From Vezdaea acicularis (taxonomy: Eukaryota), in contig JAPEUI010000046.1 in assembly GCA_026025075.1 (NCBI GenBank), positions 62,001 through 123,337 on the forward strand: DNA of 61,337 nucleotides. The letters are read 5' to 3'. How positions within the stretch are numbered: position 1 is the first letter of the stretch; every line of letters starts with the position of its first letter. Positions 51,501 through 61,337 of the stretch are shown here, piece after piece. The notes beneath the pieces are model-generated. The model was not told where the DNA came from. It saw only the letters and a program-made list of their open reading frames with translations, and did no database searches. Made by a program: the position numbers and the translations under genes.

Positions 51501-52827
51501 TGCTGTCGCAGATTATACCTCGTCCACGAGAACGGGGGGGTTGAACCCAAGAAACAACATACAGCAAGGAAGCGGCAGGATGACGACGAAGCTCGAGGGC
51601 TTTGAGTACATCCCGTGTGGGATGAGGCTGACGATTTCAACAGCGAAGATGCCGGTAGCTCTGGCTTTTAGCTTTTCTGCAGAGAGGTTGAAGAAATTGA
51701 AGGCATGCACCTGCCGCCATGCATATTGAGCGATTGTCTGGGCGCGCAACTCGCACGAACTCGGGATCCTCCGAGCAGTGCGACCAATGGTGGGCGCTTC
51801 CTCTGGGCGGGATTAACGGTGCGAACCGTGACATTTCCCGGATTTCCCACCAGCTCCCTGGCCTAGCGGCGAAGCAGCTCGAGGTTAGTTAAACCTTGGC
51901 AACGCGGCCTTCGTCGGTCCTCCTGCTCGACTGGCTGCGCTGGCTGGCGACTGCAAGCGCGCTGTAACCCGCCAAACGGCGTGCCACGGAAACTCGCTGA
52001 ATGATCTTCGTCGGATGATGAGGAAACGAAGTCTGTTGCAGAGCCGAGTCCTCCTCGACACCCCCCCCCCCCCTCCCTCCTCCCTCAAGACGCTTTCCTC
52101 GCTCTCCGCTCTTCTTTCTCCTCCCGAGGGATTCGATCGGTCAGGCGGCACGGCTGAGGATTGAGGAATGAATGGTTGTTTTGAGGCAATAATCAGAGGT
52201 GTCGGCAGAACGAGAGCGACGAGTCATTCCGGAACAACAACGGCCAGTCGCGGCCCCACCCCACACCATTACTCGCACGAACGGTTGTCTATTATGGTGA
52301 ACCCCAATGCCAACAGTGGGGCGGCCCTCTTGATTTGACCGATCGAGCGGCTGATATCTCCCACCGTGTCTCATTGTGGCAGCCATCGCAGCGCGGGAGT
52401 GGACGCTGTTGGACTGTGGGCAATGCTCCTAGTGGGGTGGACGTGCGATGGCGACATAGTCCGTGGATGTAGGGCCGATCTGTGCCACGTTCAACAGGGC
52501 ATAGCCCCTAGACATTGTCCGACGACGTCTTAGGTCAGCAACACCAGCCAGATATCTCCTCCGGGAGAACACCGACTATGGTCAAGAGATCAATGAAAGA
52601 TATGGGCTGCGTGCTGCGGAACAAGGGCTAAGGGCAAGGGCTATGATCCAACTTCGACCTTGGCACGCTCCTCCCCTCTACCCCACCTCCGCCCCCCCCC
52701 CGATCTTCCCATCTCTCCCCCTCTATAGGCGAATGATTGGTTTGAGGTCTTGGTTCAGAATGCACAAGGAAATGCGCGCTCTGAGATAGAAGCGTGTGAT
52801 GGATGGCCTTCCCCACCGTGCGACACT

Positions 52828-52851
52828 GATGCGATGCGATCGCATCGCATC
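52828..52851. repeat. Perfect 24-bp palindrome
   Basis: GATGCGATGCGATCGCATCGCATC equals its own reverse complement. Confidence 0.9.
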
Positions 52852-54942
52852 CCCGCTGTCAGCCGCGCCACTTGATTGCCCTCAACGCGAGGAGCGGGAG
52901 GCCTGGCGATGCTGCTACGACCGGGTTACTGCTCGTTTTTTGGAGTCGCGCCGTCGAAGCCGTTGACGGCTGCACAAGGCATCTCATCTGCCGACTTGTA
53001 TTGCGCGACACGTTCCCTGACTTGTCCCTCACCTTGCTCCCTGTCGTTCGCCGTCCGATCTTACCCCATGTCTGGAGCATGGATAGCGGTGCAGTCGAGC
53101 GGGGGGGACATTGCTCCACTCCACCAATATTCGTCTCGACGCCGCTGCTGCCTGGAGGGAGAAGCAAGCAGCATGCGCCGATAACCGATTCTGGCTCTTC
53201 GCCCGGAGTGTTGGGCGGAAATGGATAAATCGAATTTCTCTCTAGTCTGCGCGTTAGCCACCCGCGAAGCATCGCGAAATCGTCGTCTCAGGGTGCTGCG
53301 CTGTTAGAGTTGGGCTGCACGCGTCTGGCCTCGCCTCGCCACGTTCCCGCGGATGATCCAGCAGGCCGGCGCCGCTAATTCCAGACCGAGAAGCTGCTAA
53401 GGGGACGGTCATTCTAGGGCTTCCATCGCGCACCCGAGCCGGTAGGACATTCCCCTTCCCCCGTTCCCCGACCCTTCGCTCTCACTCGGCCCCCACGGCC
53501 CAACTGACACGTTTCGAGACCAGCTCTCTCCCTCCAACAACTCTTCTACTTCTAATGCTCCTTCAGGATCATCGACTGCACGCGAACAAATGCTCTAGCC
53601 GTTCATCATACCGGCCCCCATACGAGCCGTCGGCCAGAGAGACGGGAAACAGGCGACAGGCGAGGAAAGCCAGCGCAAAGTCAGATGATGCAATGCGTTT
53701 GCGGGTCCGGCGTGGCTGACGGTAGGCGTGCCTTCCGTTGGTCCAGCTGAGCATCATCCATGCCTCGTTGCGCGGGAATCCTTGGTTTCGCCGGCCGCGA
53801 AAGCGACGGAGCGTGGGAATAAGAAAGTGGGGGAGGGAGAAAGGGAGAAAGCCCATCCTCGATGCTTATTCCCTCCTTCGACCGAACCCCCCCCCACACT
53901 TTCCTCTCTCACTTCGGCCCCCTCTTAGTCCCCTCGCTTCTCAACAACCCTCCCGGAGAGCTCCCTTGCCAATGGCAGCCATTGGACTCGCCTGTCAGCC
54001 AAGCTGGGGAATGAGAGGAGAGAGAGAGGGAGGTGTGCCAAGGAACCTTCTTCCGCAGCCCTCGTAACCCTCTCATCAATCTCCATCCTCTCACACTTTC
54101 GCAGATCCTCGGTCCCTCTATGTCCAATTGTTTCCAATCCTGGGCTAATGCAATAACAACTTACCACATTCGTTGAGCTGACTTCCACTTTCTCTCCGCC
54201 ACTCAAGTCCCAAAGCTGGCGGGGTCGCGCCGATCTGGCTTAACACGGGGCCCTGCTCTGCACGTCGGTCGACGGCCGATCTGCAACTCGCCTCCAGACA
54301 CGCTCGTTGTTGGAAATCTGTTTGCGTGCCTGCGGATGGGCGATGATGGGGCGCATCTGACGGCCGACAGCTTGGGTGCCTTTTCTTGTTGGAGCTGGCG
54401 GAGACCGTAGCCTCCTCCTTGGGCCCTTGCGTAATATTACGCATACGCTTGCGTTAGTTCGGACGTACGAACCAACCTACCGACTCGTCCACCGCGGCGA
54501 GAAGAAGCTTGGGCCAAGAAAAGACGGCGCACCAGAGAATCATCATATGCGCCTCCCGAGAATTCAGAGAAATCGTCCCTCACCATTGGCTCATGTATGC
54601 AAGAAAACTCCTTCCCGCCGAGGACGTCCACCCCCTTCCCCCCCACCCCCCCCTTCTTCTACCTTCTCTCTGCACGTCCTTTCACCTGCTTGTCGCAAGC
54701 TCGGCTCACCGCAGCACTGACTGAGAGATCCCAGAGTCGGTCTCAATTCGTGGGCAGCGGAGTCAATCTCGTCCGTCCGACTGATCGGGCCCCACGGGCC
54801 CCCTCCGGCCAAACGCGGAGGCTTGCACCTCCGGACCCTATATACTCCCTCCCGTCCGCGGCGTGGATCCTAACTCATGTCCTCGAGACCTCCACCTCCC
54901 CCGCCGATACACCCCAGCTCCGCCTTTGCTTCGACCTCACCA

Positions 54943-56279
54943 ATGGCTGAAACCCATCCGCCACAGTTCGGCCATCACGCCCTCCCACCTCCTCCATTCT
55001 TGGGCCACTCGTACGGCGCCGGGCCGGTACTGCCTCCTCCCGCTCAACTCTCCAACATACACATACCGCCGTTGCCATTCCCTAGCCGGTCGATCATACC
55101 ATATCAGCCCTACTCGTTCGGGAGCCAGGCACCAAGCTCTGGCCGCGAGCATAATGCGGGAAGCAACATAGAGAGGATGGGCGCATATCAGACGCCCGCA
55201 TATACTCCAGTCAAGTCGGAAGCTAGCTATTCCTCGCGATATACACCTCCATACTCAGTTCGATCAGATGTGGAGCCGACGAAGCCCGCAGAACGGGTGG
55301 GCGTTCGATCACCCCAATCGTCAGAAGCAAGGTGAGATATTCGCCCTCGAACCGTGCAAGATCCTTTAATTTTTTTTGGCCAGGATGCTGACAATCACCT
55401 AGGTCCTCTTTCTCGAGTAACCCGCCACCCAACTATGCCATATCCCACGGTCACTCTGCATCTTCCTATCAAGACCCCAGTCCTTCACCCGCCGGCCCGA
55501 ACATGATGGGCGCCTCAGCCTCGGGCTTTGCATCAAAGAACCCCCAGCTCGAGAAGAGGTGCGTTTCTCTCTATACCCTTTCACACTCAGAGCCACCCAG
55601 CTAACCCTCCGCCTCCAGCACCTCACGATACGAGATCCGCGTCCGCCAGCAACCTCTCGCCGCCCGCGCCTGCGGGTTTGGCGAACGCGATAGACGCGTT
55701 ATCGACCCGCCGCCCATCATCCAGCTCCTGGCCAAAGACGCCGGCTCCGCCTCCCCTTCCTCGACCTCCGCCGACCTGCGCTACCCCTTCAACGTCGTGC
55801 ACTGCACGTTATGGAGCGCCGACGGGCGCACGGACGAGACCGGGCTCGCCGGCCCCGACGGCCGTAATACGCGCCGCCTGATGGGCACGCTCGTGTCGTC
55901 CCCCTTCGTCGGCGCCGACGAGAACGACGTCGAGGGGTGCTTCTTCTGCTTCCCGGACCTCAGCTGCCGCACGCATGGCAGCTACCGGCTGCGCTTCGTC
56001 CTGATGCGCCTCGAGCCCATGTCCCTCCAGCCCGGCGAGTGGATGCCTACCATCGCCGAGGTGGAGAGCGACGTCTTCACCGTGTTCACGGCCAAGGATT
56101 TCCCCGGCATGCGCGCCAGCACGGCGCTGACCAAGGCGCTGAAGAGGCAGGGCTGTGCCATCAGTGTCAAGAAGGGGAATGAGAAGACGGAGGGCAGGGG
56201 GCGGGAGGACGATAGCGAGGGGAGCGAGGGGAGTGGCACCAGTGGCGGGAAGCCCAGTAGGAAGAAGTCGAAGCGTTAG
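54943..56279 (+). CDS. velC: Velvet-domain regulator, VelC/Vel3-like
   Basis: Exons 54943-55331, 55403-55558 and 55619-56279; C-terminal velvet domain YEIRVRQQPLAARACGFGERDRRVIDPPPIIQL...LMGTLVSS...FCFPDLSCRTHGSYRLRF...FPGMRASTALTKALKRQG. An in-frame upstream ATG at 54877 is possible. Confidence 0.88.
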
Positions 56280-58928
56280 TCCGTTGTGTTTTCTTAGGAT
56301 TGAGTTTTTGTTTTGTCAGGCTGGGGCTCGGATTTCACATATCTTCGCGAACTGGGCTGGGCGTGGCGTCTGTCATTATCGCTCCTCCCCACTCTGCTAT
56401 CTCACAGGGAAAGGAAAAGGGGGGGGTTCCCGGTCATTACCATGCTCGAGCTTTCGGGATAACGGCGTTTTCATCTTTTTCACTTTCCTCATCGGCGTTT
56501 TTCTTCTTCCGCTTCCGACGGGGCATACTTTGGTTCTGGTTAGGCTCAGGGTTCATGACGGGAGCAACCACCTTGGCGCATTTTCTATTCCAGCCTTTTT
56601 CCCACCACACTCGTTTTTTGTGGGGTTCGGCGAACGTGCATGCTTCCTTTAATACTTGTTTTTCTTACGGCTCGGTCCTTCTGTTCGAACGGACGGACGG
56701 ACGAAGACATGAGCGAAGGATAGCTCGTCTCCCCGACGCGAGCCTTTTCCGTGGGTTCTTACCGACGTTTATCCTCTGCTTCTTCTTCCTCTTTATAAGT
56801 AGCATAGATGAGTGAACGGATTGCTAAGGATATTCATGCATCGTTTATACTTTTGAGGGGAAGAGAGAAAACGTCATCATCTTATCTTCGCAACTGAGTC
56901 AAGTCACCTAATTTGAATACGCCCTGATGATGTAGTTTGACTTATGGGGCTTTAAGCGAGTTCTTGCCTTTCCAGTGAACATTATTCCTGGATAAAATCC
57001 CATTGGCTTCACTTTCTTTCTACCGTCACTCACTCATTTTGTTCACATAGAGGGGAAATCATACATCCCCTTCGTTCTCGATAGCGTATACGGACTCAAC
57101 CCTCCCTTCCCCTGCCTGCAATTGCGGCGGTTGGGTGTCTCGCAATGCCGTTGCCGGATCCACGCCATCAGGCCACGATGGAGAGTCGTACACGCTCTTG
57201 ACCACTGAGGTTTGGGAGTATGCCTCTCATGGTCTCCTCTCAGTCCACTCTCTCTTCTCTCATTCCTCTCTCTCCTTCGCTTTCTTCGGGAAGTTTTCCG
57301 CTTTTATTCTGTTCTTTTTCTTCCCCTGCCCCCCCCCCCCCCCCCCCCCCTTCTTTACCGTGAGTACGGATGATATGGCGGCTCCTTTTTCAGATTTGTT
57401 GGGGGGGGGGGGAGTTTAGCTTGCTCATTCGTATCTTTACTCGCATCTTCACTTGCATCACAGCTTTTGCTTTTGCTTTGATATACGTCTAGGCTCTACA
57501 ACTTCCCCCTTACGCCACGCCCACCCGGATACCCACACTAATACAGTGAGGGAACTGTATCGGGGTCCCGCAATAGCGCCTAGTGGGATATGCAGTGGGT
57601 AGCAGAGTGTCGTGGCCGTGGGGGGCGCTAGGTGGGGCGGTTAGTGGCGGTGAGAAAGGCGGGGGAAAGAGAGAGGGGAAGAGAAGTGAGGGGGCGGTAG
57701 GGGAAGTGCAGAGGTAAAGGGATCAGGAATAAGAGGGGTAAGGGCAGGAAGTGGGAGGTATCCTCGTCACCCAGCTGCGCTCGCCCAGCAGCTGCCTTGA
57801 GACGGATCTCTAGAACCTGCCTTCAAGGGGTTCGAGCATATCCTGCTTCGCTCGAAACCCAGCCGTCAAAACACATCATCGATCACCAGCGTTCTCGCGC
57901 ACACGCGCGATATCACTCCTCATCCCTCGCTCCTAGCGAGTCAGGAGAGGAGGGACGGTACCCTGTCGCGATAACGCGACCGGACGGACGATAGGCAGGG
58001 CGACGCCGGAGTTTCCTCCATGTCTAAACGCCCCCTGGAGAGCGAATCGATCGAGAACGGGAGAGGAAAAGGAGCCGCCAAGGGTACATCTCCTAGAAAG
58101 AACTGCACGGGGGGTAACACTGCATATGCCCCTCAAACCCTCGCACGTTCATCCGCAAACGTCCGAGGGCAGTTTACTCGTCATCCGTAACGGAGCTACA
58201 GGCATTCAGTCCTATACCTTCTTTCTTGGCGGCTACTCGAGCTCTTTTCCTTGGGTACGCCCGGAGCAGGTTCCGTTAGGGCAGGGATCACGGGGATAAA
58301 GAGGGGATAGAGGGGATAGAAAAGACCGATACGCGAGAGCTCAACCGATGGCATGGAACAATGGCCTAGCGGCGCCACCGAAGCTTATCAGAAGAGATCC
58401 GAATCGCAGCTGTGCGTGCAGTGCAGCTGTCCGGACCCTTTTTTTCCCGGCACGGCGGTTTCCCCGCTGCCTCCCATGGGGCTTCGCTAGGGCTGAGTGG
58501 TCTGGCGGAACGCCAACGGTGCAGCGGATGAGGGATCGAAGGAGCGGGGCTACCTCCGAAGGGCGCCCCGCTACTGTAGCGAGGCGCGTCAGCGGCAGGG
58601 TCACTTCGATCGAGATCTTGCAGGATCAGATATTTTCTTTTCTGCGACAGGTTCGGAGCGGCTTAAATTCTGCAGTTCTTGGAGGCTGCGTTGGCGAGTC
58701 TCGGTCGTGTCTCCGTACATGCGGAGACGTGCTACTTGCTAACCCTTTGTAGGAGAGATATGACGGCCCAGAACCCCCGATCTTCTGAAGCTTGCCTAAG
58801 CCGCTTTAACGACGCCATTCACTCCATTGGACAGCTCGCGGCTCTCTTCCAAGGTCATGGTGGCCGATACTCTGACTGTCGAGGAGATGGATGTTAGCGT
58901 TCCATCATGTCAAGCTGACGGCGGGTCT

Positions 58929-59694
58929 CTAAGGGAGCCATCCCATACCGTAATGATAGAAGATCCGCTCAGCAGCGACGGACGGATGCAAGTTCGAGAC
59001 ATCCAGAACTAGCTCGTCCTTGAGCCCGAACCGATGAATCTGCTCCTCGGCCCTGATCTGCTGCAAGACGTCGGGGTCGGCCAGCTTGCTATTCTTCCCG
59101 TCGCTCAATCTTTCCGTGTACTGCGCGCGTCTCATATTCTCCGCCAGCTCGCAGTCGAGCACGATGGAGATGAAGACGGAACCCCGTGCGGCTGCCGCCC
59201 GCTGGTACGATCGGGCGATGGACGAACCCTCCGCCCCGGCGTACTGCTGGTCCGTGAAGATCCACGTCACGTAGTTCTTCGAGACGCTCGTCGCGATCGA
59301 GTCCAGGATATCTTCCCGCTAATGAGGAGCCACCCAAAAAAAGTTGGCACGCCGTCACCCCCAAGAAAATCCCCCCAAAAAAGAGGACGTTCAAGTCCTT
59401 GTTCTTGTGTCTGGAGAAAACTCACAATTTTCTTGCGTAGTGGCTGATATTCGGGATCCGAGCGATCGTAGACGGCCGCGACGGGGTCGATGAGAAGCTG
59501 CGTGTCGACCACCTTGAACTTGGGAATCAGCTTGCTACGGTTCCCCCGGACCTGGCGTTAGATTCCGTTGACTTTGTTTAAGGGGGGGAGTAGCGACCAC
59601 TCGAGTGGGGGGCTTTCTCTCGCCTTAGTTCCTTTGCGATCGTGAGCTTCCCGACGCCCGGGTAGCCGTTCATGTAGATGAATGCGTGAGGCAT
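58929..59694 (-). CDS. Small P-loop nucleoside/small-molecule kinase-like protein (AAA_33/CPT-like)
   Basis: Exons 59694-59624, 59534-59426 and 59318-58929: MPHAFIYMNGYPGVGKLTIAKELSKLIPKFKVVDTQLLIDP...WIFTD...LDCELAENMRR...LVLDVSNL; Walker A GYPGVGKL. Confidence 0.8.
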
Positions 59695-60513
59695 GCTTTT
59701 GTAGGGTGTTTATCGCACGATTGTGAGATCGAATATGTAGGAAAGATGGCTTTGGGAGATCCGTTGATAAATCTCCTTCCACTTAGTAAACGAGCAGAAG
59801 AAGAAGAAGAAGAAGACAAGAAGTAAAGCTAAAAATAAGGATGAAATTTTGAAAGAGAGAGATGGGAGCTCCCGTTTTTCTAGAAAAGATATGGAAAAGG
59901 GCACCATAGCAAAGTGCGGGGACATCTCCGAACCGGACCAAAAAAAGCCCACAAAAAAGAAGCAAAAAAAAAAGAAGGGTCGTCTCGGCTCATTTGTTGA
60001 TTGGCCAGGCCCCGCGCATTTATGGAATAGCACTGTGCATGTCTCGCCTTAGCCACAATAGCATTAAAAATAGAGAGAGAGAGAATACCAAGTCTCCATC
60101 AAAGCCACAAAGATGTTCTTACAGTGCGGGGGCAAAAATTCTGAATACACTTCGGCACGCGAAGCAAGACCAGGGTGTACCCAGACTTCTGCCCACTCGT
60201 TGTACCCTAGGTCAGAGTGCGAGGAACGAGCTTTCGATGGTCCACTGAGGACGTGTAGAATTGGAGAAAAAAATTCACTACTTATTAGGGCACAAGTCTG
60301 GCATAAGGCCGAAAAGCACGATCTGGGGTAGTAGAGCAGAGAAGCAAGGGGAGCTAGCTAGCTAGGACGTTCGCCGGGGGGAAAAAAAGGAAAGGGAGGG
60401 AAAAAAGGCAGAGGCCGAGGTACTCAAGTATATTTCCTGGCAGACGTGAAAAGGTTATGGGGTTTAGCGTTACCCAAGAGCACCCTTCCCGTGCAAAGAG
60501 GCTGGCCCGGTCC

Positions 60514-61337
60514 CTACTTCGCCGCGTCCTGGGACTCGTCCACGATATCCTGCAGGCTAGCCCGCATCGCAGCCAGCATCTCCCCAACCTCCTCTTCCTC
60601 CTCCTCCTCATCCTCCTCCAACGCCTCCATCTTCTGCACCCCCCTCGCCAAGCCACCATATCTCTTCTCCTCCCCGCCCATCCTCTGCCTCGCGGCACTC
60701 AACTCCCTCTTCCACTTTCCCCTAGCCAAGACCCTCTTCGTCTCCTCCGCGAACCTATTGCCCTGGCCCTCCAACCTCATCCTCTCCTCCTCTTTCCTCT
60801 TCTTCTCCGCCTGGCGTTCCACAACGCGCTTCTGCTCCTTCGGCATCTGCGCCACGACCCACGTGCGCCAGGCCACGCGGAGCGTCTCGCCACCGAACGG
60901 CAGCGGCGAGCCGCCGCGGGAGAGCAGTTCGGCGTAGAGCTCGTCCCAGCCTTTCCAGTAGGAGGAGCGTTCGTCGAGCGCGCCCCCGAAGAGCGTGCAG
61001 CTGTAGCCCCGGCTGAGCCGCCACGCGCTGATCCATTCGGCCTCTTGGTCGTTGAGGCGCGGGGTGGATGCGTTGAGGGCGAGGAGGCCTTCGACGGTGC
61101 GGGGGGCGGGGAGAGGGAGGCCTTCCTCGGTGGTGGTAGTGGGGGCACCGGCGGTGGCGGGGTTGTTGGTGGGAGTTGGGGCAGCCATGAATGAGCCGAG
61201 GGAGAAGAAGTCTTCTTGTGGGGATGGCGGGAGATATTCTTCTTCGACGAAGCCGACGAGGTGCGAGAGAGGGAAGGTCGTGCTGTCTCTGGACAGTGTT
61301 GGGCCTTCGTCGGAGGAGTCGGACGGAGTTGGACTTT
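60514..61337 (-). CDS. Hypothetical protein, 5' truncated (frame open to the window edge)
   Basis: The 224-aa ORF extends without stops from 61188 to 61337; Trp-rich middle and charged coiled-coil C-terminus; no family recognised. Confidence 0.55.
   Translation of the reverse strand, partial: SPTPSDSSDEGPTLSRDSTTFPLSHLVGFVEEEYLPPSPQEDFFSLGSFMAAPTPTNNPATAGAPTTTTEEGLPLPAPRTVEGLLALNASTPRLNDQEAEWISAWRLSRGYSCTLFGGALDERSSYWKGWDELYAELLSRGGSPLPFGGETLRVAWRTWVVAQMPKEQKRVVERQAEKKRKEEERMRLEGQGNRFAEETKRVLARGKWKRELSAARQRMGGEEKRYGGLARGVQKMEALEEDEEEEEEEVGEMLAAMRASLQDIVDESQDAAK

Noticed and set aside
49954..54812. Many 60-137 aa ORFs upstream of velC
   Set aside because: Overlapping Arg/Pro/Ser-rich frames on both strands, typical of GC-rich non-coding DNA.
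57684..57700. AAGTGAGGGGGCGG resembling a twister ribozyme 3' end
   Set aside because: No matching 5' half on the same strand.

Overview
Eukaryotic, intron-rich genomic DNA from a filamentous ascomycete (Pezizomycotina-type GT..CTRAY..YAG introns, mostly 50-100 nt). The left ~38 kb is gene-dense housekeeping DNA: UBR1 (3' end), RAT1/XRN2, USO1, KXD1-like, an uncharacterised EDPW-repeat protein, RQC2, RET3, a PPR-like protein, hexokinase, UTP18, a STIMATE-like membrane protein, SF3B6 (missed by the ORF track), JHD1 and a flavodoxin-less FAD/NADPH reductase. The right part is gene-sparse: an OSCA/CSC1 channel, a Glu-type Mep ammonium transporter, a VelC-like velvet regulator behind ~6.4 kb of non-coding DNA, a small P-loop kinase-like gene with a GC-AG intron and a partial orphan ORF. 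I found no tRNA, rRNA, CRISPR or recognisable transposon. Best leads: (1) tandem SreA-type iron boxes upstream of a reductase that has a CCGGGC-containing arm where the FMN domain would be, followed on the same strand by a hidden spliced Cys-rich microprotein; (2) a candidate fungal TTDN1/MPLKIP/SICKLE-like protein with a duplicated YFxPxFxEDPW motif; (3) a structured, uORF-containing hexokinase leader. All family calls come from motif recognition by eye; no database searches were run.
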